DNA of 64,000 bases. It comes from Candidatus Latescibacterota bacterium (GTDB lineage Bacteria; Latescibacterota; UBA2968). Where the stretch lies: NCBI GenBank assembly GCA_965204745.1, contig OZ242010.1, positions 3,360,001 to 3,424,000 of the forward strand, in the 5' to 3' direction. The position numbers and the translations under genes are program-made. The notes under the pieces were generated by a model. The model searched no databases and was not told the origin of the DNA. It was given only the letters and a program-made list of their open reading frames with translations. Positions 21,001 through 30,674 of the stretch are shown piece by piece; positions within the stretch are counted from its first letter, which is position 1; each line of letters begins with the position of its first letter.

Positions 21001-24000
21001 CGTCGTGTCTGAACTGACCACCGAGAGGGCCACGTTCCCGGTTGGCTCGGAGGCGAGCGTGACCGTGAAGGTCTCTGCCCTGCCCGACTCTGTCGTCTGG
21101 AGCCTGACGGTCGTCGAGGTCATCGGCGACACCTCAATCGCCGCCTCGTCGTCATCGGTGATCGTCAGCGACGCAGCCTGCACGTTGCCCGCGCCGTGGT
21201 CGTTCTCCACAGCGGCGGTCTGCACCATCACCGCGTTGTCTGATGCGTCTATGTCGTTGTCCACGGCGGTGAGTGCCACCGTGTCCGTTGCGTTCGCCGT
21301 ACTCCCGGCCGCGATGATGATCGTCGAATCCGACCCCACCGTGTAGGCATTCGCCACCGGGCGCACCGTGATCGTCGTCGCCTCGCTCGATGGGTGTGTC
21401 AGCGTCGCGCTCACCGTGCTCACGCCGCCGTTCTCCGAGATGGACGAGGGCATCAGCGTCAGCGTCACGTCCGGCGCGGCGTCATCGTCTGTGATCGTCA
21501 AAGCCGTGCCGGTCACACTGCCTGCGCCTTGGTCATTGCTCACCGCAATGGACACGGTCAAGGAATTGTTCGGCGCATCGGTCGCGTTGTCCACGGCCGT
21601 GATCTCTACTGTGTCCGTCGCGTTCGCCGTGTTCCCGGCCGCGATGATGATCGTCGAATCCGAACCCACCGTGTAGGCATCCGCCACCGGGCGCACCGTG
21701 ATCGTCGTTGCCGCGCTCGACGCATGCGACAGCGTCGCCGTGATCGTCGAAACATCGCCGGTCTCTGCAATCGACGCGGGCGACAGCGTCAGGGCCACTG
21801 TCGGTGCATCCTCATCGTCGGTGATCGTCAGGGTCACATCAGCCGGGGCCGACGCCATATTGCCACCCGTCACCGTTGCAGACACGGTCACTTCCTTGTC
21901 CGGCGCATCGGTCGTATCGTTCACCGAGGTGATCGTCACGCTGCCCGTGCTCGTCGTCACATTCGCCGCGAAGGTCAGCGTGGTCGTGGTCGATAGCGTA
22001 AAATCGCCCGCAACCGCAGGCGACACAGCCATCGCTGAAACCGTGACCGTCGCCGCCGCGGTTGCGGTGCGATCCAGCGTCGCCGTGATCGTCGAAACCT
22101 GGGCATTCTCCGTAATCGACGCCGGAGTCAAAACCAACGTCACCTGCGCCACGTCGTCATCGGTAATCGTCAGTGTCGCAGCAGTGACCAATCCCACGCC
22201 CACGCTGTTGGTTAGCGTACTCGACACGGTCACCGTCTTATTCCCCGTAGCCACGTTGTTGTTCACTGTCGTGATCGTCACGGTGCCCGTGCTCGTCGAC
22301 TCGCCCGCCGCGACGGTCAGCGTGTTCGGCGTGCTTAGCGTGTAGTCGGATGATGTAGGCACGGAAACCGTGATCGTCGTCGCCGCGCTTGACGTGTGCG
22401 ATAGGGTCGCCGTCACAGTCGAAACCTCAACCGCCTCTGAAATCGACGACGGGGACACAACCATCGTCACGGTCGGCGCAGCGTCGTCGTCCGTCAGCGT
22501 TAAAGAGGCCCCGGTCACACTACCCGCGCCTTGGGCGTTGCTCATCACACCGGACACGGTCACGTCGCGAGCAGGCGCGTCTTGGGAATTGTCCACCGCT
22601 GTGATGACCACCGTGTCCGACGCGTTCGTCGTGTCCCCGGCCGCGATGGTGATCGTCGAATCCGTCGCCGACACCTCGTAAGCACCAGCCAACGGTCGCA
22701 CCGTGATCGTCGTCGCCGCGCTCGACGGACGCGATAGAGACGCCGTGATCGTCGAAACCGCGCCGTTCTCCAAAATCGACAACGGGTTCGCCGCCAGCGT
22801 CGCTATCGGTGCAGGGTCGTCGTCCTCCAGCGTCAAAGTCGCCTCGGTCACACTGCCCGCGCCTTGGGCGTTGCCCGCCACAACGGACATGTCCACGTCG
22901 CGATTAGGCGCGTCTTGGGTATTGTTCACCGCTGTGATGACCACCGTGTCCGACGCGTTCGCCGTGCTCCCGGCCGCGATGGTGATCGTCGAATCCGCCG
23001 CCACCGTGTAAGCACCCGCCACCGGACGCACCGTAATCGTCGTCGCCGCACTCAACGGGTGTGCCAGCGTCGCGGTCACGGTGCTCATCCCGCCATTTTC
23101 CGAGATCGACGAGGGCGTCAGTGCCAACGTCACTACCGCGGGTTGGAGCTTAAATTGCGCGGTGGTGTCCATGCCGGCATACTTCAAGACCGGATACTGA
23201 TTCGTCGCGCCAAAGGTCCACGGATCGTCGTTGCCGGGTTGTCCGTCGAGGTTGGCGTTCCAGTTGAAGTAGGGATCGCTACTGGTGGCACCGTAGGTGG
23301 TGGCACTTTGGAGCTCGCTGGTCGTCTTGCCCGTGCCGCCGCCGTTGCTGGTGGCCCGGTTGCTGGTTTGGGTGTCCCAAAAGCTTCGGGAGGTGCTGGC
23401 CGAGTTAAGTTTGGATCCTACTAGCCCGCTTACATTGGCTCCGCTACCGGAGACCCTGCCGATGGAATAGGTGTCTGTTACGGAGCCAGCGTGATAACCC
23501 ACCAGCCCGCCGACGCTTGAAGATCCGCTGACGGATGCAGTGGAGTAGCTCGTGGAGATGGTGCCGCTGGTGACGTAGCCTACTAATCCGCCGGTGTATT
23601 GGTTGCCGGAGACGGATCCGGTGCTGAAACAGGCGACGGCTGTGCCGCCCTCGTTGCCTCCGGCTAGGATGCCGCTACCGTGCGATCCCGTGACTTCGGC
23701 GTTGGTTACGCCGAGCGTTTCGATGCGGCCGCCGGTGCCATTGTTGCCGAACAGCCCGACGTAGCTTATGGAGCCTCGGCTGATGAACAGGTTGTTGATA
23801 ATGTGGCCGTTGCCCTTGAAAGTGGTAGCGTATGCGGAGCTTTGTGTGCCGATTGGTTGCCAGCCGTTGCCGCTGTTCCAGTAGGTGGCGTCTGCTGAGG
23901 TGATTGCGCCATCGGTGTTCTCGTCAAAGTCCAGGTCGTTGAGCAGTTCGTAGCCGGTGCATCCCGAGAGGCAACCCATGCGGGTGCTACTGCTGGTGTC

Positions 24001-26934
24001 GCGGCCGGGAAAGGCAGAGTCATAATCGGCGTGGGTAGCGTCGCCATTGCCGTTCAGGTCGTGGCGAATGGCGTTGAGTTGCGCCAGCGTGGTGATAGCG
24101 ATGAGGCCATCGCCATCGGTATCGTAATTGGTGAGGCCTGGAGCGCGCATGACCTCGACCGAGGATCCATCGCGGGCACCGGTTTTGGTGGCAATGACAC
24201 GCACTGTGTAGGTCGTTCCCGTCGTCAAGTCGGGAATCTTGTAGAGCGTATCCGTGGTGGTGGCCTCACGCGAGGCGTCATAGCTCTGCGTGCCGGATTT
24301 CCACTGCACTGTGTACCCCGTCGCACGACTCGCCGCACGCCAGCCCACGTATAAAGTGTCCGCATTGGACGTCACTGCCACAACCGGCCTGCCCGGCGGT
24401 TGCAACGTAAATTGCGCGGTGGTGTCCAGGCCGGCATACTTCAAGACCGGATACTGATTCGTCGCGCCAAAGGTCCACGGATCGTCGTTGCCCGGTTGCC
24501 CATCCAGATTTTGGTTCCAGTTGGCGTAGATGCTACCGGTATAGCCGGTGGGGCTTTGGAGGGCACTGGTGGTTTGAGCGCCAGTGGTGTTGCTGCTGGT
24601 GCCAGCGGTGGTGGTCTGCCCGGTGGTTAGGGTGTCCCAGTAGCTGTTGATCATCGGCGTGGTTGAACTACCCTGTTCTGCCGCCAAGCCGCCGGTGGCT
24701 GTGGTGCCGGTGCTGGCGTTGGAAACAGCACCGATAGCATAGACAGCACTTATCGAGTTCGCGGTATTGACGGTCACGCGGCCTATCAGACCGCCCGCTT
24801 TGACGCCGGTGCCGCTACCGGAAACGTTCCCGGTCGCGTAGCTGGCGCGCAGGTATTCGCTCGCACCGAGATCTATCTGCCCTATCAGGCCGCCTATTTT
24901 GAGGCTGAGGGCGTCGGTGGCACCGGTGCCGGTGCCATTTCCGGAAACGTTCCCAGTCGCGTAGCTGGCGAAGCTGGGGCCTTCCATTCTCCCGATCAGG
25001 CCGCCCACTCTGCCGGTGCTACTTCCGGAAACGTTCCCAGTCGCGTAGCTGACGCTGACCCGGCACTCGGCCCGACCGATCAGGCCGCCGGCGACCAGGC
25101 CGGAACCGGTGAAGGTGACCGTCCCAGTGGCGTAGGTGGTGTCGACGGTACCGAGGCTACCGGCTTCCCCTATCAGGCCGCCGAGGGCAAGCAAAAAGTT
25201 GTTCGTTCCGGTCACATTGCAGGTGGCGTAGCTATCGCGGACGGTGCCATTGGAGTAGCCCAACAGACAGCCGATATAGCCTAAACCGGTACTACTGGTG
25301 GTGTGGGTTACGGAGCCGCCGGCAACATAACTCCCATGCACCGTGCCGCCGGCATTGAGGAGCCCCGCCAAGGCACCGGTTCTACCAACATTCACACCGG
25401 TGGTAGTGCGAGTGTTGGTGACATTCACGTCCAACAAGCCCACATCTCTAATCGTGCCGCTGACATCGCCGAACAGACCGACGTAACCGCCACCGGTGGG
25501 GGTGCTGGTGTTGGAATTGATAAGCAAGTTGGAAATGGTGTTGTCATTGCCGTCAAAGATGGCGGAGAAGGCGGTTGCAGTGCCGCTGGCCGCAACACCG
25601 ATGCCCCTCCAATTGGGGTAGTCGTCGTTGGAATCTACGCTCCCACTGCCATCGGTGTCAAAGTCCAAGTTGTTGAGCAGTTCGTAGCCATTACAGCCGG
25701 TGGACGGACACCCCATGCCCGATAAGGGGGCGGGAAAGGCGGCGTTGTAGGCGGTCGTATCGCTGGTCGAGGCACTCGCGTCTATGGCCCCATCGCCGTT
25801 GAGGTCCCAGCGTATGGCATTGAGTTGCGCCAAGGAGGTGATGTCAATCAGGCGGTCGTTGTCCGTGTCGTAGTCAGTGCCCCGGCCCTGGGCGAACAGG
25901 GAATGACCGCCGTACTTCAGTACCGGGTACTCGTTGCTGGTGCCGAAGTCCCACGGATCGTCTTTGCCTTGGTTATCGCCGGTGTTGGTATTGCCATCCA
26001 AGTTCAGGTTCCAGTTGGCGTAGATGCCGGTGTAGCCGGTGGGAGTTTGGAGATTGCTGGTGCTCTGGCCGCTACCCTTAGGGACCGACCCTGTAGCTTT
26101 TGAGGAGTCCCAGTAGCTGTCGGACGCGCTACCTCCGTCTTCGTCCCCGACTAATCCGCCGGGGTTAGCACCGGTGAGGCTACCTGCGAAGTACGAATTT
26201 GTTATAGTGGCATCGCCCCATATATAGCCTGCCAAACCGCCGACTTGGCTACTGTTGGTGGAGGATGTAACGGATGCATGGGAGTAGCTAGTTGAGATAC
26301 TTCCTGTGGGAAACATGCCGACTAATCCAGAAATTCTATTTACGCCCGTTATTGTGCCGGTGGTGTAGCAGGCGACGATTGTGCCGGAATTAGAGTATAC
26401 CAGAATGCCGCCTTTTTCACTTAACGTAACATTGGCGTTGGTGAGGCCGAGGGTTTCGACGCGGGATCCGGATCCAAATTGGGAGAACAGTCCGATATTG
26501 TCGGTGGAGCTACGGTCGATGAACAGGTTGTCGATGGTGTAGCCGTTGCCTTTGAAATTGCCCGTGTAGGTACCACCTATGGGTTGCCAGCCGTCGCCAT
26601 TGTTCCAGTAGGTGGCGTCTGCTGAGGTGATATCGTCATCGTTGTTCTCGTCAAAGTCCAAGTTGTTGAGCAACTCGTAGCCGGTGCAGGTGGCAGGGCA
26701 ACCCATGCCCGAGGCGGGGTTACTGAAGGCGGTGAAGTAGTTCGTAGAGTCGGTGCTCGACACAACACCATCGCCGTTGAGATCCCAGCGAATGGCGTTG
26801 AGTTGCGCCAAGGAGGTGATGTCAATCAGGTTGTCGTTGTCCGTGTCGTAGTCGGTTTGGGCAAAAGCCGGCCCCGATGCCATCAGCATGACCAGCGTGA
26901 CCAGGGCCAACAAGCGAGCGTAGCGGGACGTCAT
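18031..26934 (-). CDS. Giant secreted surface protein/adhesin: 3 GLUG-type modules, FN3, many Calx-beta/Ig-like repeats, C-terminal duplicated dockerin-like motif
   Basis: 2967 aa; signal peptide PAFA-Q; DYDTDxDxLIxITxLAQLNAIR x3; GGL(V/I)G repeats; (V/L)SPSSISE...LTITDDD repeats; LDVDGDGxVRLFSDIIL x2; RBS ggagg. Confidence 0.85.
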   Translation of the reverse strand: MTSRYARLLALVTLVMLMASGPAFAQTDYDTDNDNLIDITSLAQLNAIRWDLNGDGVVSSTDSTNYFTAFSNPASGMGCPATCTGYELLNNLDFDENNDDDITSADATYWNNGDGWQPIGGTYTGNFKGNGYTIDNLFIDRSSTDNIGLFSQFGSGSRVETLGLTNANVTLSEKGGILVYSNSGTIVACYTTGTITGVNRISGLVGMFPTGSISTSYSHASVTSSTNSSQVGGLAGYIWGDATITNSYFAGSLTGANPGGLVGDEDGGSASDSYWDSSKATGSVPKGSGQSTSNLQTPTGYTGIYANWNLNLDGNTNTGDNQGKDDPWDFGTSNEYPVLKYGGHSLFAQGRGTDYDTDNDRLIDITSLAQLNAIRWDLNGDGAIDASASTSDTTAYNAAFPAPLSGMGCPSTGCNGYELLNNLDFDTDGSGSVDSNDDYPNWRGIGVAASGTATAFSAIFDGNDNTISNLLINSNTSTPTGGGYVGLFGDVSGTIRDVGLLDVNVTNTRTTTGVNVGRTGALAGLLNAGGTVHGSYVAGGSVTHTTSSTGLGYIGCLLGYSNGTVRDSYATCNVTGTNNFLLALGGLIGEAGSLGTVDTTYATGTVTFTGSGLVAGGLIGRAECRVSVSYATGNVSGSSTGRVGGLIGRMEGPSFASYATGNVSGNGTGTGATDALSLKIGGLIGQIDLGASEYLRASYATGNVSGSGTGVKAGGLIGRVTVNTANSISAVYAIGAVSNASTGTTATGGLAAEQGSSTTPMINSYWDTLTTGQTTTAGTSSNTTGAQTTSALQSPTGYTGSIYANWNQNLDGQPGNDDPWTFGATNQYPVLKYAGLDTTAQFTLQPPGRPVVAVTSNADTLYVGWRAASRATGYTVQWKSGTQSYDASREATTTDTLYKIPDLTTGTTYTVRVIATKTGARDGSSVEVMRAPGLTNYDTDGDGLIAITTLAQLNAIRHDLNGNGDATHADYDSAFPGRDTSSSTRMGCLSGCTGYELLNDLDFDENTDGAITSADATYWNSGNGWQPIGTQSSAYATTFKGNGHIINNLFISRGSISYVGLFGNNGTGGRIETLGVTNAEVTGSHGSGILAGGNEGGTAVACFSTGSVSGNQYTGGLVGYVTSGTISTSYSTASVSGSSSVGGLVGYHAGSVTDTYSIGRVSGSGANVSGLVGSKLNSASTSRSFWDTQTSNRATSNGGGTGKTTSELQSATTYGATSSDPYFNWNANLDGQPGNDDPWTFGATNQYPVLKYAGMDTTAQFKLQPAVVTLALTPSSISENGGMSTVTATLAHPLSAATTITVRPVAGAYTVAADSTITIAAGSTANASDTVVITAVNNTQDAPNRDVDMSVVAGNAQGAGSVTEATLTLEDDDPAPIATLAANPLSILENGAVSTITASLSRPSSAATTITVRPLAGAYEVSATDSTITIAAGDTTNASDTVVITAVDNSQDAPARDVTVSGVMSNAQGAGSVTGASLTLTDDDAAPTVTMVVSPSSISEAVEVSTVTATLSHTSSAATTITVSVPTSSDYTLSTPNTLTVAAGESTSTGTVTITTVNNNVATGNKTVTVSSTLTNSVGVGLVTAATLTITDDDVAQVTLVLTPASITENAQVSTITATLDRTATAAATVTVSAMAVSPAVAGDFTLSTTTTLTFAANVTTSTGSVTITSVNDTTDAPDKEVTVSATVTGGNMASAPADVTLTITDDEDAPTVALTLSPASIAETGDVSTITATLSHASSAATTITVRPVADAYTVGSDSTIIIAAGNTANATDTVEITAVDNATDAPNNSLTVSIAVSNDQGAGSVTGTALTITDDDAAPDVTLTLMPSSISENGGVSTVSATLTHPSSEATTITVRPVANAYTVGSDSTIIIAAGSTANATDTVALTAVDNDIDASDNAVMVQTAAVENDHGAGNVQAASLTITDDDEAAIEVSPMTSTTVRLQTTESGRAETFTVTLASEPTGNVALSVVSSDTTEGTVSPSVLTFMPSNWNTAQTVTVTGQDDTPSAIDGNQNYTVTLSVNQTDTQDTNYDALTDISVYMVNRDNDFGLDISAVTGQATEAGASATFTVALLTQPSAAVTVSVTSQDPSEGRVEPAVLTFTTSGYNTAQTVTVTGQDDTIDDGDVTWTVRLALSSGDTNYNTLSEDVQVTTTDNDEAPTVTLVLMPSSISENAEVSTVSATLSHPSSAVTTITVSAAPVSPATASDFTLSGADTLIIAATATTSTGTVTITAVNNMTDAPAKRVTVSGVANNDQGAGSVTDETLVLTDDDEAPTVTLVLSPSSILENGGVSTITATLSHSSSAATTITVRPVANAYTVGSDSTITIAAGSTANTSDTVEITAVDNTTDAANKNVTVTGVAGNAQGVSSVTGAALTLEDDDAAPDVTLMLSPASISEAGGVSTVSATLTHPSSAATTITVRPVANAYTVGSDSTITIAAGDTTNAADTVALTAVNNDIDASDNAVMVQTAAVENDHGAGNVQDVTLTITDDDIAAIDVSAVTSTTVRLETTESGRAATFTVTLATEPTGDVALSVVSSNTDEGTVSPSVLTFSSTTWNTAQTVTVTGQDDTPSAIDGNQNYTVTLSVNQTDTQDTNYDALTDISVYMVNRDNDFGLDISAVTGQATEAGASATFTVALLTQPTAAVTISVTSQDPSEGRVEPAMLTFTPTAYNTAQTVTVTGQDDTIDDGDIPWTVRLASSSGDTNYNTLSEDVQVTTTDDEDAPTVTLVLMPSSISENGGVSTVSATLSHPSSATTTITVSAAPVSPATASDFTLSNADTLIIAAATTTSTDIVTITAVDNNDQADEKTVTVSATANNAQGITAPSPVTLTLTDDETPSANLDVDGDGRVRLFSDIILVIRYVLFFREEALLRGNVIEPTATRTTAQEIEPYLDTLVNQNILDVDGDGDVRLFSDIILIIRYVLFFRNEALVRGNVIEQNATRTTTQDIEPYIRSLYPDSHFQ

Positions 26935-26951
26935 TTTGTCCTCCTCTCCGA

Positions 26952-26973
26952 GGGGGGGGGGGGGGGGGGGGGG
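26952..26973. repeat. Homopolymer G22 (C22 on the coding strand) just upstream of the giant gene RBS
   Basis: Direct reading of 26952-26973. Confidence 0.85.
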
Positions 26974-27277
26974 TACACTGTACTGATCATCTTAACGGAC
27001 TGTTTCGCAATAAAATAGAACCACACACCAAGACGGGGATGGGCGACATGAACGCCTCTTTTCGCGGAGGGAACATAGGGCAAAATGAGGTTCAAACAGC
27101 GTCTGAAAATGGCGGGAATCATCTGGAGCCTCCTTTGCAAAAGCACTGTCGCACAGACCGGGCGCGGCCTTTCCTCCGCGTTCAAAATCGCAATGGTGAA
27201 CAAAAAAAATAAAAAATCGCGCTCTTATTTGTCAAGCGAAAAAATGACGATGGGATCGGTGGTCAGTCAAGCGATAA

Positions 27278-27625
27278 GGACAGGCACAGGGTCCTGTCCC
27301 TACGACGGATGGCGGCGGGGGATGCGAGGGAGATAGCGGAGTGGAACGATGAAGCGGCGGTGGGGTGGGGTAATCCGCGCAATCCGCGTAATCCGTTTAA
27401 TCCGCGATTCAGACACGGGTGGGGTGGGGACGGGCACGCACGGGTGGCGGGATGGAGCGACGGGTGGTGGGCTAGTCTCGCCTCTTACCTCTTACTTACC
27501 TCTTACCTCTCGCCTCTTAACCTCTTGCGTCTTACCTCTTGCGTCTTACCTCTTGCGTCTTACCTCTTGCGTCTTACCTCTTGCGTCTTACCTCTTGCGT
27601 CTTACCTCTTGCGTCTTACCTCTTA
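27278..27625. repeat. Intergenic repeat cluster: GTAG-type REP, nonamers, (TTACCTCTTGCGTC)n 14-mer array
   Basis: ggacaggcacagggtcctgtccctac 27278-27303; nonamers 27371-27415; tandem array ~27475-27625. Confidence 0.85.
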
Positions 27626-27654
27626 AATGCGTGTCCCGTTGGTTTTGTGCAAAC

Positions 27655-27843
27655 TCAAAGACCGAGAATTTCGAGCAACCTCTGCAACCCTTTGTCGTAT
27701 CGCGCCGCCCGCTCAAGATCGGATAAGCCGAAGCGAGGGGCCAATTGATCCGCTGTCAGTTTCTTGCTGTATTCGGGCCAAACTCTCCGAAGTTCCCTCA
27801 TCGCGTTACCCGTAATTTTCCGATTCTCATACCCTCGGTGCAA
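27655..27843 (-). pseudogene. Probable C-terminal fragment of an RloB-like partner of the AAA ATPase
   Basis: LHRGYE...ELRRVWPEYSK...LQRLLEILGL directly after the ATPase; no credible start or N-terminal domain. Confidence 0.45.
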
Positions 27844-27856
27844 GGCGCATTATTGT

Positions 27857-29062
27857 TTAGCCGATCTTTGGGATACCACCGAGCACCCCTGCTCGATACT
27901 TGGGAGAGAGACGGACATCGCGGCGGAGACCGCGCACATCTTGGACGCCGTACACATGGGTCGCACCATCTCGATCCTTCTCGACGATGAAGATCTCCTC
28001 TTTTTCGAGATCATCGATCAGGCCGACGTTGTGAGAAGAAACAAAAAGCTGTGCATCGGAAGGATTGCTCTCTCGGGATAGGAACCAGCCGAGAATTTCG
28101 CCGGCGATATCCACATGCAGATCGCCATCGATCTCGTCGAGAACAATGGGAACGCCATCGCGGAGTGCGAGACGTATTTGGGGCAACAGATGAAACAGAC
28201 GTTTTGTTCCACTGGATTCCAAGTGCAGGGGAATCGGTGCGTCGAGACCGCGATGGTTAAATAACACCTCTCGCTTCCCAGATTGGTCAGAAATATCGAT
28301 GTCTTGAATCCCCAAGTCACTGGCTCGGATCTGCTCCGCAATCCATGCACTCACCTCGGGATCACCACCGAATAGGTCCATCACCTTTTGGGTCGGAAGT
28401 GCCCATCTTTCTCGAAAAATGACGTTGGCATTCGAAAAGACCGCTTTCATCCACTTGGCGATACGCATCGCCAAGGGCACATTGAGCAAGGCGAGTGTCG
28501 CAATCACCGAGGCGTCTGCCCGAACCGCCTTGAGGCGGTCATCCTTGGGCTTAAGACCAAATTCGCCGGAAACGTATATAGGCTCTCCCGGCTCGCCGCG
28601 CTCGAAAAGGCGACGAGGCCGGCCCTTTGGGAAATGGGACAGTGCTTCGTACAAAAAGAAGGGATCCGCAAAATCAACGCCACGGCGTCCCACCGTCAAC
28701 TCATAGCGGAACAACTGCCGGACTCCGTCCATACAATCCGCTTCAAACTCCAGGCAAACCCGCGTCGGTTTGCCTTTGGTTTGTAAAGAAAAAAAGGGGC
28801 AAAAGACCGCGAGCGGGTTGCCCTCCACAGTGGGCAATGCGTGTGCGGCGATGTAGGTGGTAGCCCCCAGCGCACTGAGTAGCGTCGATTTGCCCGATCC
28901 GTTGGGGCCTATGAGTAAGACGACTGAGGGAAGCCGGATATCCGGCGTCGCTCTACTGCGGCGAAACTCCGGCCGGTTGGGGGCAGTTCCCGGAATACGC
29001 AGATCGAGAACGACTTCGTCGTGAACCGAGTAGAAATTGGATATGGAAAATGTGTGAATCAT
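27857..29062 (-). CDS. AAA_21 (RloA/AbiEii-like) ABC-type ATPase
   Basis: ISNFYS, GPNGSGKS, ESSGTKRL, VLDEIDGDLH, QLFVSSHN, KYRAGVLGGIP. Confidence 0.85.
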   Translation of the reverse strand: MIHTFSISNFYSVHDEVVLDLRIPGTAPNRPEFRRSRATPDIRLPSVVLLIGPNGSGKSTLLSALGATTYIAAHALPTVEGNPLAVFCPFFSLQTKGKPTRVCLEFEADCMDGVRQLFRYELTVGRRGVDFADPFFLYEALSHFPKGRPRRLFERGEPGEPIYVSGEFGLKPKDDRLKAVRADASVIATLALLNVPLAMRIAKWMKAVFSNANVIFRERWALPTQKVMDLFGGDPEVSAWIAEQIRASDLGIQDIDISDQSGKREVLFNHRGLDAPIPLHLESSGTKRLFHLLPQIRLALRDGVPIVLDEIDGDLHVDIAGEILGWFLSRESNPSDAQLFVSSHNVGLIDDLEKEEIFIVEKDRDGATHVYGVQDVRGLRRDVRLSPKYRAGVLGGIPKIG

Positions 29063-29099
29063 GTGAAGCCCAAATCGATGCGTATGGGGTTAGAGGGTC

Positions 29100-30665
29100 T
29101 CATTTCCCGCGCATGACCGCCACGGGCAAAATGCACTCTTCGAGGGAAATCCCCCCGTGTTGAAAACTGTTGGCGTATTTGGCCTGGTACTCGTTGAAAT
29201 TGGTGGGGTACACAAAATAGTAATCCTCGCGGCAGAGAATGTAATTCGTGCCTTGCCCCAAACTCGGCAGGCCAAACGCTTCGGGGTCGCGGATGTGCAT
29301 GGCGTGCCGTCTGTCGCAACGCAAGTTTTTGCCGTACTTGAAGCGAATTCCCGTCGAAGTCTCTCGGTTGCCATACGCCAGAGACGCCCGGTTGCTGAGC
29401 ACGCATCCGTGATCCGTCGTCAGCACCACAGTCGAATCCGTCTCGGCCAGTTTTCGCAACATCGCAAAAAGCGAGGAATGCGAGAACCACGACCGGGTCA
29501 AAGACCGATACGCCGGCTCATTGGGCGCCATCTCTTGCAACAACTCGGATTCGGAACGCCCGTGCGTGAGCATATCCAAAAAATTGACCACCACCGCCAT
29601 CAGGGGAAATGACCGATACGAATGCACCTTTTTCGCCAGTCGGTTGCCCTCGGCGATATCCAGCACTTTCACGTAGCGCGTATCCAAGTTCAGCGCGGGA
29701 TCGATCTCGTCGAGTTGCTGGTCGAGCAACTGGTGCTCGTGCCGATTGCGGCTCAGGTCGTCCTGCTGGCCGCGCCACTCGTCCGGATACAATGCCGCGA
29801 GGTCGATGGGAAACAGACCGCTGAAAATGGCATTGCGGGAATAGGGCGTCGCCGTGGGCAAAATCGAATAGTAGTGGTGCTGCTCAATGTCGAAAATATC
29901 GGACAACAACGGCAAAATGGCGAGCCAGTGATCCAGGCGCATGCAATCGACCACCACAAAAAACACCTGCTGCCCGGCTCGCACGCACGGCGCGACAAAC
30001 TCCGAAACGATATCCACAGAGAGCAGGGGCGAATCCTCTTCGTCGTGAATCCAATGCCCGTAATTGCCCTCGACAAACTTCCCAAACGCCAAGTTGCACG
30101 CGCGGCGCAAATCGTCGTGCATGGTTCGCAACCCCGGGTCGTAAAACCGATCCAATTCCAAATCCCACTCGGACAAGCGCACGTGCAAATCGATCCAATC
30201 CCCCCATGAATCCGCCTGCACAAGGGCATCGCGCAACCGGTTGGACGTCGCGGCATAGTCCAAGCCCATGCGGTCTTTTTGAATTTGCCGCGTGTCGAGC
30301 AATTTCTTGCACGCCAGCAAAATTTGGCTCGGGTTCACGGGCTTGGTCAAATAATCGTCGATCCGTTGCCCAATGGCCTGCTCCATCAGCCGCTCTTCTT
30401 CGTTCTTCGTAATCATGATCACCGGGATATGCGGGTTGATATCCTTAATCGCAGCCAGCGTTGACAGCCCATCTCGCCCGGGCATCATCTCGTCGAGCAA
30501 CACCGCGTCAAATCCGCGCTTCTGGATCATGGCAATGGCATCGTCGCCATTGGTCACAGGCGTGACATCATAGCCCCGGTCCTTGAGAAAAATCTGATGC
30601 GGGCGCAACAAATCGATCTCGTCGTCCGCCCACAGGATTTGCTTGGGTTCTTGCGTTGGGTTCAC
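29100..30665 (-). CDS. PorX-like response regulator (REC + PglZ/alkaline-phosphatase domain)
   Basis: ILWADDEIDLL, LLDEMMPG, ILPTATPYSRNAIFSG, TTDHG, FQHGGISLEE. Confidence 0.9.
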   Translation of the reverse strand: MNPTQEPKQILWADDEIDLLRPHQIFLKDRGYDVTPVTNGDDAIAMIQKRGFDAVLLDEMMPGRDGLSTLAAIKDINPHIPVIMITKNEEERLMEQAIGQRIDDYLTKPVNPSQILLACKKLLDTRQIQKDRMGLDYAATSNRLRDALVQADSWGDWIDLHVRLSEWDLELDRFYDPGLRTMHDDLRRACNLAFGKFVEGNYGHWIHDEEDSPLLSVDIVSEFVAPCVRAGQQVFFVVVDCMRLDHWLAILPLLSDIFDIEQHHYYSILPTATPYSRNAIFSGLFPIDLAALYPDEWRGQQDDLSRNRHEHQLLDQQLDEIDPALNLDTRYVKVLDIAEGNRLAKKVHSYRSFPLMAVVVNFLDMLTHGRSESELLQEMAPNEPAYRSLTRSWFSHSSLFAMLRKLAETDSTVVLTTDHGCVLSNRASLAYGNRETSTGIRFKYGKNLRCDRRHAMHIRDPEAFGLPSLGQGTNYILCREDYYFVYPTNFNEYQAKYANSFQHGGISLEECILPVAVMRGK

Positions 30666-30674
30666 AGTTACCTC

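Noticed and set aside
29100-30665. BREX system from the PglZ domain
   Set aside because: PglZ is fused to a receiver domain next to a kinase; no brxC or pglX
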